From positions 1 through 64,000 of the forward strand of contig JAXGJB010000004.1 in assembly GCA_040770465.1 (NCBI GenBank): 64,000 nt of DNA. Reading direction: 5' to 3'. This DNA comes from Methanothrix sp. Its GTDB lineage: Archaea > Halobacteriota > Methanosarcinia > Methanotrichales > Methanotrichaceae. Position numbers and translations under genes: made by a program. The notes beneath the pieces were generated by a model. The model did no database searches. It was not told the DNA's origin and saw only the letters and a list, made by a program, of their open reading frames with translations. This document shows, in pieces, positions 37,372-47,800 of this stretch; position 1 is the stretch's first letter, and each line of letters starts with the position of its first letter.

Positions 37372-38235
37372 TCAGCTCGTCGCCAGGTTCTCGAAGTACC
37401 TTTTGATTATCTCTCGGTTCTGGGGCGGGAGGCTCTCGATATACTGTTCCGTCGGAACCGCCACCCCTTCCCCAGCCTCTGACGTTGTGAAGAGCCTGTC
37501 CATGGGTTCGATCTCCTTCGACCGAAACCCCGCCGCGGACCCTGGATATAGGACCAGCTCCAGGTTCACCTCTTCCAGCACCGCTAAAGAGGGCTTTCCG
37601 TAGATCTCCCCCGAGATCCCCGTATCCGAGGCGCCAGCCTCCGCCACCTCCTCTTCACCAAATAGGTCTGCTGCGCGGTCTCGAAGGTCGGAAAGAGACT
37701 TGAAGGGCTGGGGCGAGATCTCCTCTCCGGCCTGGCTCTGACTGAAGGCGGCCGCAAAGGCGAGAAGGAGGATAACGGCTGCTGCCTTTGCCTGGAACGT
37801 CGGAACGCTCCGTTCTCCGAAGGTCAGACGCCGCCGATTCATGATATCCCGGGATCCAACCATTGAGAGCCTCTTCTTGACGTCCTGGGCAAGGCTCTGC
37901 ATCACCACCGAGCGCGAGTCGCGGTTGTCGTAGGCCGCCTTCGTCTTCTCCGAGAGGCCCTCTTCCAGATGGGCGAATAGATCGGACTTCGACCGGCGGC
38001 CGAGGACCTTTGCTCCGAAAAGGCCCAGAATCATGGAGATGAGGGCCGGGACGGCGGCTACAGCCGACCCCTGCCAGTAGAACCGAAAGAAGGCAGGAAT
38101 CCCCAGGAAGAGGGCGACGATGTAGATGAGGCTTGCGATTATGCCGGCATTGAGGAGATAAAGGGAGAGCTCAAATCGCCTGTAGACCCCCAAAAGCCGC
38201 CTCAGATCCGCCAGAAACTCGTATGAACCGTCCAC
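37372..38235 (-). CDS. Hypothetical membrane protein of the MoxR operon
   Basis: Three TM segments and an 'IIKRYFE.L' C-terminus typical of MoxR-linked genes. Start placed at GTG. Confidence 0.75.
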   Translation of the reverse strand: MDGSYEFLADLRRLLGVYRRFELSLYLLNAGIIASLIYIVALFLGIPAFFRFYWQGSAVAAVPALISMILGLFGAKVLGRRSKSDLFAHLEEGLSEKTKAAYDNRDSRSVVMQSLAQDVKKRLSMVGSRDIMNRRRLTFGERSVPTFQAKAAAVILLLAFAAAFSQSQAGEEISPQPFKSLSDLRDRAADLFGEEEVAEAGASDTGISGEIYGKPSLAVLEEVNLELVLYPGSAAGFRSKEIEPMDRLFTTSEAGEGVAVPTEQYIESLPPQNREIIKRYFENLATS

Positions 38236-38556
38236 GATAGTCCCCTCAGAGCCCTCGCTAATAAGTAGTTTCCGAGCTGATGCCCGGGTGGTCCCTCGCT
38301 GAGATCTTATCAGCTCCTCCGGCAGATCTCTTCTACCAGAAGGCATATAAAATCACCAAATATCACCAGTATCCAATACATAAAGAAAAATAGCACCCAA
38401 TGAAATTAGGTTTATACCCTTTGAAGACGAACATATGTCCGTACCTTCCGCCGGGCGGCAGAAGATACGCCACGGGAAGTGGGGCTGAGACTCGACGATC
38501 GACTTTGGGGCCGGCTCGCGCTGGAAGCCGACCAGACCAGGATAAAAAAAAAGAAA

Positions 38557-40557
38557 ATGGCCAAGATTTCGAGGATCAACAGGCTGAGCTTTGGGCTTCT
38601 GCTGCTGGTATTGCTATCAGGACTTTTGGGGATGAGCCCGATAAGCGGAGAATCCGTCCTGGAAGCTGCGGGAGGAGCCGATCTCTTCGCCGGTGAGAAC
38701 GGAAGCGAGGTCGCGAAGGGGACGGCAGAGATCGTGGCCGCCGGGATCTGGATCGCGCCGGATGGTGGAAAGAACGTATCCGACGGCGTTGAAGAGATCC
38801 TTCCATACCTTGCAGGCCCCTCCAGGATCTTGAGGATCATGGTCCAGGAGGAGGAGGTTTCGGAGCTGGGCTACATCGGAACCTCCGACGGCGTTCTCGT
38901 CCTCTGGCCTGACGTCACCGAAACCCTCAAGCTCATCGCCCCCTTCGATTATCGTGAAAGGCCCTGGTATCTGGAAGCTGCTCGGGCCGGGGAGACGATC
39001 TGGACCAGGCCCTATGTGAACCAGAGCACCGGGGACCCGGCCATAACCTGCGCGACCCCAATATTTGTGGATGGAGATCTGACAGGGGTTGTGGGGATGG
39101 ACGTCTCCCTCGCAGAGATCGATCTCGATCTTGCCAACACGACCACAGGCTACCCATTTCTCTTGGACGGTCAGGGGGCGGTGGTGATGACCCCCCCCGT
39201 CCCGGAAGGATTCGTCTGGGAGGAGATCCTCGCTCCAGGAAGCCTCCTCGACTCCAAAAACCCGGATCTGGCCGGGCTCGCCGAGGCGATGGTGAGGGGA
39301 GAGAGGGGGACGGCCTATACAAGGTTCGAGAACGGCGGGGCCAGGATCGTCTACGCCCCCCTCCCGTCGATCGGCTGGAGCCTGGGTGTGGTCTCAGGAG
39401 ACGAAGAGCTGACCTTTGCCAAGGCCACCCAGTACGACCAGCTATTCCACCGGATATCGAGCCAGACCGAGATATTGGCCCTGGAGACGGGTGAGGCCCT
39501 GAGGGAATGGAAGCTCGGAACGACGATGGTGCCTGGGAGCGGGAGAGCCGAAGGGGCAGGATCGATCTGGCCCATCGCTCTCGCGGCTGCCGCCGTATTT
39601 GCCATCCTGGGGGGCGTCGCAGGGTATTGGGGATGTCGAAAGGCATCGGTGCCGATCTTCGATGCGATCGCAAGAGGGCTTGAGAAGGTCGGCAGAGGCG
39701 ACCTAGACGCGAGGATCGAGACGAAGGGCCTGGGGGGGACGAGAGCTCTTGGGGAGGCCTTCGATAAGATGACCACCGATCTGAAAGGCACGATCTCCCT
39801 TTTGGAGGAGAGAGCCCTGGAGGCGGGCAGGTCAGAGAAGGAGGATGAGATCTCTGAAGAGCTGAAGCGACTCCTCCTGCCGGAGAGGGTCCCAAAGGTG
39901 GAGGGGTTTGAGGTGTCGACCTTATCCTTCGCCGAGGGATGTGAATGCTGCCACTTCTACGACGGATTCGAGATGGAGGGGGCGAAGGCGGTTGTTATGA
40001 TGGCAGAGGCCTCGGATCATGACCTCTCCGCCGCCATGGTGGCCGCCCTCACCAGAAGCCTGATCAAGGCGGCCGCCCGGAGGCTCGGCGACCCGGCGAA
40101 GGCTCTCCGGGAGACGAACCTCCAACTGGTGGAGAACGTCAGAAACGGGATGGTCGTCTCCTGCTTCTGCGGGATGCTGGACCTCTCCAGCCACGCCTTG
40201 AGCTACGCCAACGCAGGTCACGTCCCGCCCTTCATAGTCAGCTCCGACGGCTTTGTGGACACCCTCGTCGGCGGAGCCATGTCCATGGGCGCCCTTGACA
40301 AACTCGACCTGGAGATGGAGGGGTGGATGATAGATCCAGGCGACGTCCTCGTCATCTACAACGACGGCCTCGTCGAGGTCGAGAACGAGGATGAAGAGCG
40401 GTTCGGAACCGAGAACCTGATAACTGTCGTGAAAAATAACAAGGATGGGTCGGCCGAGGAGATCATCAATGAGCTGGAGGCGGCGATCAGGACTCACATG
40501 GGAAGCCGGAAGCTGACATCCGATCCCGCTGCCATGATCGTCAAGAGGTCTGGATGA
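38557..40557 (+). CDS. Membrane sensor: Cache + HAMP + SpoIIE (PP2C-like) domain
   Basis: TM, 'DYRERPWY', 'WTRPY', 'GVVGMD', TM, HAMP, 'YANAGH.PP', 'NDGL.E', 'ERFG'. Confidence 0.88.
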   Translation: MAKISRINRLSFGLLLLVLLSGLLGMSPISGESVLEAAGGADLFAGENGSEVAKGTAEIVAAGIWIAPDGGKNVSDGVEEILPYLAGPSRILRIMVQEEEVSELGYIGTSDGVLVLWPDVTETLKLIAPFDYRERPWYLEAARAGETIWTRPYVNQSTGDPAITCATPIFVDGDLTGVVGMDVSLAEIDLDLANTTTGYPFLLDGQGAVVMTPPVPEGFVWEEILAPGSLLDSKNPDLAGLAEAMVRGERGTAYTRFENGGARIVYAPLPSIGWSLGVVSGDEELTFAKATQYDQLFHRISSQTEILALETGEALREWKLGTTMVPGSGRAEGAGSIWPIALAAAAVFAILGGVAGYWGCRKASVPIFDAIARGLEKVGRGDLDARIETKGLGGTRALGEAFDKMTTDLKGTISLLEERALEAGRSEKEDEISEELKRLLLPERVPKVEGFEVSTLSFAEGCECCHFYDGFEMEGAKAVVMMAEASDHDLSAAMVAALTRSLIKAAARRLGDPAKALRETNLQLVENVRNGMVVSCFCGMLDLSSHALSYANAGHVPPFIVSSDGFVDTLVGGAMSMGALDKLDLEMEGWMIDPGDVLVIYNDGLVEVENEDEERFGTENLITVVKNNKDGSAEEIINELEAAIRTHMGSRKLTSDPAAMIVKRSG

Positions 40558-40619
40558 TCCTGGCCAAACGGCCAGAGCTTTGATAGATATTAATAAAACC
40601 GACCGGTTTTAGAACTGTA

Positions 40620-41714
40620 TTAGAACCGCCGCATGGACTTGAAGTCGTTCCCGGCGATCCCTTTTATTCTCCTGACCAGATCTTCAAAATTGAGGCCGTC
40701 CATCGAAATTCGGTTCATTCCCCCGAAGATCTCCTCTCTCACCCGTCGGCCGACGACGTCGTCACATCCGGGAAGAACCTCGATGACGACGCTTCCTTCG
40801 GGGGTGGCAGTCCGAGAGCAGAGGCGGTCAAGGTCGCCGTCCACGATCCCCACCAGGGGCGTTCCGAGCCTCGCCAGGATCTCCCCGGCGATGGCGGTGG
40901 TGTCGTCGCCCGCGGTTACCGCGACCATGGCGCCTTCCGCCTTCTCGAAGGTATCTTCTGCGGCGTGGTCTATCAGGACGGCGTCGCGGCCGCGGGTTTG
41001 GACCGTCCTCGCGACCCTCTCGGTCCTCCTTATGTCGCCGGTCCTCAGGACCGCCGAATCGAGATCGACGAGCGAGAGCTTCTCCAAACCGTGGACCTTA
41101 ACCTCAGCTCCGCGAACCTCGGCGATCCTGCCGTCGACGGTCACGATGGTCACAATCTCCTCCAGGGCTCTTCCGACGACGATCCCGTTGACGGAGACGT
41201 TCTCGCCGGGGACGGCCCCAAAGATCCACCTTATGACGGTCCTGCCCGAGGATTCGGTCCTGGGATGAAACTCAGGTGTTGCCACCAGCTCCAGCCCAAG
41301 AATCCCGGCGAATTTCTCGCCGATCTCCCCATCGTCGCCCGCCAGGACCGAAACGAATCCTCCCCCATAGTCCGCGAGGATGAGGGGCTTTTTGGGCTTC
41401 GCCTTATCCCTCACCATGGCGCCGAAGGCGAGGCCGGTCTCGGCCGTCTTGGCACAGTTCAAGAGGATCACCACGTCGACGAAAGGCTCCAGCCTCGCGA
41501 CCGACCGGCTCGGCCTCTCCCTCATCGATATGTCTATCCTGTCCTCCAGGGCGGCGTCGATGACCGCAACCCTCCCCATGGTGCCTCCGAGGACGGCGGC
41601 GACATGCCCGACGTCGGCGAGGAGGTTCAGGGCCTCAGCGGCTCGTCCCGAGTCGATCACCTCGGGACCGTGGACCACAACCCCGACTTTAACCGCCACT
41701 TTCGACGCTCTCAT
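40620..41714 (-). CDS. DUF2117 domain protein
   Basis: '[13 protein letters not shown]', 'GGTMGR.AV.DA', 'GE...VNG.VVG', 'GDDTT', 'GI.DGD.D'. Confidence 0.88.
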   Translation of the reverse strand: MRASKVAVKVGVVVHGPEVIDSGRAAEALNLLADVGHVAAVLGGTMGRVAVIDAALEDRIDISMRERPSRSVARLEPFVDVVILLNCAKTAETGLAFGAMVRDKAKPKKPLILADYGGGFVSVLAGDDGEIGEKFAGILGLELVATPEFHPRTESSGRTVIRWIFGAVPGENVSVNGIVVGRALEEIVTIVTVDGRIAEVRGAEVKVHGLEKLSLVDLDSAVLRTGDIRRTERVARTVQTRGRDAVLIDHAAEDTFEKAEGAMVAVTAGDDTTAIAGEILARLGTPLVGIVDGDLDRLCSRTATPEGSVVIEVLPGCDDVVGRRVREEIFGGMNRISMDGLNFEDLVRRIKGIAGNDFKSMRRF

Positions 41715-41979
41715 CTTCCATCTTCACCGATCTCATCCTCTCCTCTTCCGCCTTCATCCTCTCTTCCATCTCCTCCAGGCTCCGGGCGCCGATCTCCCTC
41801 CTCTCGGGCATCTTATCTATCGGCTGCAAGGTGCTCAGGTGGTAGTAGAGCCCCGTCGAGTCCAGAAGCGCCCACTCTTCGCCGTCGTCCTCGGTCTTCA
41901 GGACCTTGACGATCCCCACCGTCCCGGTCCCGGAGTACCTGACGATGCTCCCCTCGCTGATCTCATCTGGCATGGTCAC
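41689..41979 (-). CDS. DUF2098 domain protein
   Basis: 'G..VRY.GTGTVG.V', 'WALLD.T.LYY....L', C-terminal 'SGG'. Confidence 0.85.
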   Translation of the reverse strand: MTMPDEISEGSIVRYSGTGTVGIVKVLKTEDDGEEWALLDSTGLYYHLSTLQPIDKMPERREIGARSLEEMEERMKAEEERMRSVKMEDESVESGG

Positions 41980-41987
41980 TCGTCACC

Positions 41988-42443
41988 TCAATGAAGCTTC
42001 TCCTTAATCACAACGCCTGCGAAGTTCTTAACCTCTGCCCCCCCGGAGATCGAGAGTACCTCGACCCCGTCCAGCTCGCCGGTCCCGCAGAGGACGTCCT
42101 GTTCGGGGTGGGTGCCGGCCTGGATGTCGCACTTTATCCTCGTCTTCTCCCCAACCGAGACCACCGTCTTCAGCCTCGGAGAGGCGGGATGGCCTTTGGG
42201 AAGGACGATGAGGGGAGAGCCCATCTCCCGGATCAGGTAGAGGGTGCAAAAGAGGCCCCGTCTCGCCCTCTCTCCGACCTCGAAGGTCGATGCCACCAGG
42301 AGGTCGTCGTCGTCGGTGAAGATCACGATCTCGTCCGAATCGGTATCGAGATAAAAAAATTGGCCGAGGGTCCTGACGACCGCCAGGGTCCCGGTCCTCC
42401 CGCAGAGGTAGGCGACCTCGTCGTCTTCCAGGGGGATATTCAT
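41988..42443 (-). CDS. Conserved-looking hypothetical protein
   Basis: 151-aa ORF in operon position; 'HP', 'C.I.AGTHPEQD.LC'. Confidence 0.75.
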   Translation of the reverse strand: MNIPLEDDEVAYLCGRTGTLAVVRTLGQFFYLDTDSDEIVIFTDDDDLLVASTFEVGERARRGLFCTLYLIREMGSPLIVLPKGHPASPRLKTVVSVGEKTRIKCDIQAGTHPEQDVLCGTGELDGVEVLSISGGAEVKNFAGVVIKEKLH

Positions 42444-42450
42444 CTTCTCA

Positions 42451-42606
42451 TCACTCTGTGGGCTTCACGTTTCTTGATTGGCAGGATGGACATCGGGGCC
42501 TTCTGCCCATTCCCTTGAACTTGTTTCCGCAGTCCTGGCATATGTAGCCCTTTGGCGCGATCGATTCAACGTCGCCTATATCAGGTCCGCCTCCAACGGT
42601 ACACAT
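42451..42606 (-). CDS. 51-aa zinc-ribbon protein (not in ORF track)
   Basis: MCTVGGGPDIGDVESIAPKGYICQDCGNKFKGMGRRPRCPSCQSRNVKPTE*; GGAGGTGA RBS upstream. Confidence 0.85.
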   Translation of the reverse strand: MCTVGGGPDIGDVESIAPKGYICQDCGNKFKGMGRRPRCPSCQSRNVKPTE

Positions 42607-42839
42607 GGGACGTTCACCTCCTTATATTCTATCTTCGAGCGGCTCTTATTTAAATGAGGTGGCCGCCCGGCGGAAATTCATCACCCTGTCCCATAGGCCG
42701 AGGGTGCCCCGCCCAGATGCTTATCGCTTTCTGATCCTGTCGCCTTCTGATTCAGTTTCTTTTCTTTTGATCCGTCCCGCCATCTTCATAAAGTTTCTAT
42801 GTATACCTCTGAAGAGCAATTTTCGCAGGAGAAATCGGC

Positions 42840-44186
42840 ATGAACCCAGATCGGATGAGGATCTTGAAGGAGGGTGGGGAAAGGAGGGGACCGGTCGTCT
42901 ACTGGATGAGCAGGGAGATGAGGGCGGAGGACAACTGGGCCCTCGCCTTCGCCCAGGAGCTGGCGTTGAAGAGGAGGGCGCCCCTGGGAGTGGTCTTCTC
43001 CCTAAGCGAGGACTTTCTCGGCGCCGGCATGCGGCAGTACGGGTTTTTGCTCCGGGGGCTCGAAGGGGCGGAGAGGATTCTCAGAGATAAGGAGATACCC
43101 TTCGTCCTCCTTCGAGGAGATCCGGGAGAGACCGTCCCCAATTTCGTGAAGGAGCATGCTGGAAGCGTCCTGGTCACCGACTTCTCGCCTCTCTCGATCA
43201 AGCAGAGCTGGATGGAGGAGGCTATCCAGAGGCTTGATCTCCCCATATACGAGGTGGACGCTCACAACATCGTCCCCTGCTGGGTGGCGTCGCCGAAGCA
43301 GGAGTACGCGGCCCGGACCTTCCGGCCGAAGCTGAGGCGACTTTTGCCGATCTTCTGTGAAGATCTCCCCGGCCTCCAGGTCCACCCCCACCCCTGGGAC
43401 CTCGATATTGAGGTGAAATGGGACCAATTGTTGCGGGACCTCTCGGTTGACCGCTCCGTCCCCGAGGTGGACTGGATCGTGCCTGGGGAGGCAGCCGCTC
43501 GGGAGGCGCTGGTTCGATTCCTCGACGAGAAGCTCTCCAGCTACGATGGGGACAGAAACGATCCGAGCGTCGACGGTCAGTCGAACCTCTCGCCGTACCT
43601 TCACTTCGGCCATCTCTCGGCCCAGAGGGTGGCCCTGGAGGCGGCAAAATGCGAGATGGATCCCAAGTCCAGGGCCGCCTTCCTGGAGGAGCTGGTGGTG
43701 AGAAGGGAGCTCTCCGACAACTTCTGCTTCTACAACCGCGGATACGACTCCTTCGATGCTTTCCCCGCCTGGGCGAGAGAGACCCTGAACGAACATCGGA
43801 ACGATCCGCGAGAGTATCTTTACGACCAGAGGGAGCTCGAAAGGGCCGAAACCCACGACGACCTCTGGAACGCCGCCCAGAAGGAGATGGTCATCCGGGG
43901 AAAGATGCACGGCTACATGAGGATGTACTGGGCGAAGAAGATTCTGGAGTGGACCGAGTCTCCCGAGGAGGCTCTGAAGATCGCCATCCGTCTGAACGAT
44001 CGATATGAGCTGGACGGGAGGGACCCCAATGGCTACGTGGGCATCGCCTGGTCCATCGGCGGGGTCCACGACCGGGCCTGGAAAGAGAGGGAGATCTTCG
44101 GGAAGGTCAGGTACATGAGCCGTCGGGGGGCGGAGTCAAAGTTCGACGTCGGAGCTTACATCGAAAGAGTCGGATCTTTGGGGTGA
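42840..44186 (+). CDS. phrB: Class II CPD DNA photolyase
   Basis: 'YWMSR..RA.DNWAL', 'VDAHNIVP', 'SNLSPYLHFG', 'GKMHGYMRMYWAKK', 'DGRDPNGY'. Confidence 0.96.
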   Translation: MNPDRMRILKEGGERRGPVVYWMSREMRAEDNWALAFAQELALKRRAPLGVVFSLSEDFLGAGMRQYGFLLRGLEGAERILRDKEIPFVLLRGDPGETVPNFVKEHAGSVLVTDFSPLSIKQSWMEEAIQRLDLPIYEVDAHNIVPCWVASPKQEYAARTFRPKLRRLLPIFCEDLPGLQVHPHPWDLDIEVKWDQLLRDLSVDRSVPEVDWIVPGEAAAREALVRFLDEKLSSYDGDRNDPSVDGQSNLSPYLHFGHLSAQRVALEAAKCEMDPKSRAAFLEELVVRRELSDNFCFYNRGYDSFDAFPAWARETLNEHRNDPREYLYDQRELERAETHDDLWNAAQKEMVIRGKMHGYMRMYWAKKILEWTESPEEALKIAIRLNDRYELDGRDPNGYVGIAWSIGGVHDRAWKEREIFGKVRYMSRRGAESKFDVGAYIERVGSLG

Positions 44187-44290
44187 TTCCATGAGGACAA
44201 ATCTTATACAAAGTGTTTCTCATCACCATCCACCTCCTTTCCAACATAATTACCTAATATTAATAAAAAAATAAATCTCTCGCCTGATGA

Positions 44291-44707
44291 GAATTCGAGC
44301 CTCGACGCGGCCTCGTCGCCGTCGACAGACGGATCGGTTCTAGCCAGAGGTCTCGCGAGTCGGGGGCCGGGTCCTACGCCTCCGAGGAGCTGATCAGGAC
44401 CGAGACGAACTACATAGCCAAAGACGGCGTCATCACCTGGAACCTGGTCGATCTAGCGCCAAACGAGACTAGGACGGTAACCTATCAGGCCCGGGCGCTC
44501 TGGAGCGGGAGGTTCGTCAACCGGGTCCGGGCCGACTCAAGCCTCGTCGACGGGTCGGAGGCCAGGACGGTTTATGCCAGCTCCATCGTCGAGGTGGGGG
44601 AGTTCGAGGGCGAGGTCCCGGTACCGGGATGGCAGCCTACGGACTGGGGGCTCAACTATTCTGCCTGCGAGTCCGATCTCGACGAAGAATATCTCTGCGA
44701 GATTTGA
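44291..44707 (+). pseudogene. Start-less remnant of a DUF11-type surface protein
   Basis: Open frame after an in-frame TGA with no start codon for the N-terminal part: ...SQRSRESGAGSYASEELIRTETNYIAKD-GVITWNLVDLAPNETRTVTYQA...FVN.V...GWQPTDWG...CEI*. Confidence 0.7.
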
Positions 44708-44823
44708 TGGTCTTTTAAAACTTTTGAGAAATGGATGAGATCGAGAAATGGATGAGATCGTTTCGGAGGACGGCTTCAGATAAGAGGATCATTTATAGGC
44801 TCCTCCGATCATGGGATCCTCGA

Positions 44824-47800
44824 TCAGGTCCAATCCTTCTTATCGGGTCTCTTCCTGTATTTTCTCTCCAATATCGATCCATTTTCGGCTTTTTTGCGAT
44901 ATCTTCCACCCCTTCGATTGTTTGCTTTACCTCTCTCAGCTTTCCCCACCGCCTCTTTCATCTCCTTCGGCTCTTCTCTTCCCCCTTCGGATGTCATCTC
45001 CTCGCTCTGATCCAGACCGATCTTTCTATCCCGTGATCCCCTCTCCTTCTCTTCTTCGTCTTTTCTTCGTTTTAAAGAGGCTTTATCGCCTGGTCTTCCC
45101 GTTTTCCCCGGAATTTCAGTCAATTCTTCCGTCTTTGCGCGGCTCCCGCCACCAGGTTTCTTCTCGGCCGCTTTATTCTCAGGCTGCCCCCCTCTGATCA
45201 CTTTATAGGCGATTTTTCTCCCTCTGGAAGGCCTCCCCTCAGCGAGCAGATTCTTTTCGCCTCTCATCTGCTCCGAGACCGTCTCTGCTGTCGTTTCGTC
45301 TTCCGGATGGACATTTCTGCCGTCCTTTGCTCCGATCTCCCCGATGACCTTCCCTTCTGCCCCCGCCGAATCTTCTTCGGCTCTCTTGACCCCTTCTCGA
45401 TCGGCCCCCCCCTCATCCTCTTTGCCAGCATCCGTTCTGTCCTCTTCGAGTCCCATCTGATCCCGCCGGCCGGTGACCGCCTCCTCCAGGGCGGCAAAGT
45501 CGATCGCATCATCAAGACCCTCTTCGGGCCAGCCCGCCTCAGCCTCCTCATGATCACGCCGACCGATCGCCGCCTCCTCAAGGGCGGCAAAGTCGATCAC
45601 ATCATCAAGACCGGCTTCGGGCCGACCCGCCACACCCTCCTCATGATCCCGCCGGCCGATCACCGCCTCCTCCAGGGCTGCAAAGTCGATCACCTCATCA
45701 AGACCCTCTTCGGGCCAGCCCGCCTCAGCCACCTCATGATCACGCCGACCGATGACCGCCTCCTCCAGGGCTGCGAAGTCGATCGCATCATCGGGGCCGG
45801 CTTCCGGCCGACCCGCCTCAGCCACCTCATAATCCCGCCGACCGATAACCGACGCCTCCAGGGCGGCAAAGTCGATCTCTTCAACCTCGGCGCCGGCCGC
45901 CTTCCCAACCTCTTCGCCTTCAGTGAGTCCATCCTCCTCCCTCCTGAACCGTCGTCTGATCCGATCGTAGACCCACTTGGAGATCCCAGTTCCGAGGATG
46001 ATGGTCCCGACGAAGAACTCCCAGTTCTCCACGAGGAAGTTCTTCGTCTTCTCGGTCAGGGGGACCTTCCTCGCCGTCACCGTGATCTGGCTGGTGAAGA
46101 CCCTTGTGTCCACAGGCATCGGGTCCTGGCCGGGGAGGACCACCTCGGCATCGGCGGAAAGGGTCAGCTCCTTGGTCCCGCTCTCCAGAGGGACCACGTC
46201 CCAGAGCCAGGTTCTGTGCCCCTCCCTGGTTATCAGCTGCCGCTCCTCGCTCATGGGGGTGATCTCAAAGGCCGTCCCCGCCAGTCGGACCTTCATGAAG
46301 GTGCTGACGGGGATCTCCTCGACCACCGGGACCTCCCCCTCGGAGAACCCTTCGGTGAGGTTCTCGACGGTCTCGTTCATCGATATCCTCGCCTCGACCC
46401 GGTATGTATCGCCCACCAGCATCTCTCGGACAGGATCGAAGGCGATGAGCCCCCCGGTGAGGGTTCTCTTGGCATCCTCCACCAGGGCGGCGTAATCGGG
46501 CGAAGAGGTGCCTTCAGTCGGTGCAGTTACCGGATAAAATGCGCCTCCACCACCACCGCCGCCGTCTCCAGGAGGTGACGTAATCGGAGGCGATGGCGCC
46601 TCCAGGCCGTTGCCCCGGAGGTTGTTATCGACGCTGCCCGCATCGAAGTTCACCCCGTAATCCCCGTTCTCGAGGAGCCGGTTGGAGGAGAGGTTGTTCT
46701 TGTTGGAGGGGTCGAGGACGATCCCGCTCCCAACGTTTTTGCTGGCGTCGTTCTTTTGGATCTCGTTCTCGTCGGAATCGATGAGGATGATGCCGTCAAA
46801 CCTGTTGTCGAGGAGATCGTTCTCTCTGATCTCGTTATGGATGGAGCGATCGAGGAGGGCGCCAAAATCGTTCCTGGTGGCTGAGTTATCCGAGATAACG
46901 TTTTCCGAGGAGTTCACAAGCTTTATTCCCACCCGGTTTCCGGTCATCTCGCTCCCTTTAATCGTCGATCCGATGGTGCCATAGAGATAGATCCCGTTCC
47001 CGTTCTTCTCGAGGTTCAGACCCTCCATGGTTATGTTCGTGCAGTTGATGCAGTAGACGGTGCCGGCTCCCGAAGATGGGTCGAGGATCTCGTCGGAAGC
47101 CCCCACCAGATAGCAGACCTTCTTTTTGCCCACCAGGTTCGATGGGTCAATGTCGTTCTCGAAGTCCGAGATGTTCAGCCCCTCGGCGGAGAAGTCGCGG
47201 ACGTTCCCCGACATCCTGTTATCTCTGAGGAGATTTCCTCCGGAATAGTTCAGAGACATGCCCAGGCCGTTATCCCGGGCCAGGTTGGAGGAGAGGAAGT
47301 TTCTTTGAGAGGACGCGAGAGCGATCCCGGCCAGCTCGTTCTCCTGGACCTCGTTCGCTTCGAGGGTGTTGTTCTCCGATCCGGTTAGATTTATTCCCTC
47401 GCCGTTTCCGGTGGCGGCGTTCCTGGCGACGAGGTTGCCGTCGGATTCGGTCAGGAAGATGCCCCTTGCGTCGTTATCGCTGAGCCTGTTTCCGACGACG
47501 ATGCAGTCGGTGGAGCCCTCGAGCCGGATCCCGTCGACATCGTCCCTGACGACGTTATCTTCCGCCCTGGACCGGGACGAGTTGTGGAAGTAGATCCCGT
47601 AGACGTTCTTTTCCAGGGTCAGACCCCTGACGGTGACGTTGTCGCAGCGATAGCAGTAGACGACGCCAGCCTCCGACGAGGGGTCGATGACCTCGCCGGA
47701 TGCTCCCACCAGGTACGCGATCGGCTTTCCGTCGACCCGGTTGGACCCATCGACGTCGTTATCGCCCGCGGCATAGAAGTTGCGGCGGTTCCCCTGCATA

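Noticed and set aside
42840-44186. Photolyase in a strict anaerobe
   Set aside because: Class II photolyases are already well known in methanogens.
44726-44761. 17-bp direct repeat GAGAAATGGATGAGATC x2
   Set aside because: Only two copies between convergent genes; most likely a slippage duplication.
45460-45876. Regularly spaced repeats as a possible CRISPR array
   Set aside because: The 'spacers' are homologous to each other, the period is a multiple of three inside a CDS, and there are no cas genes.
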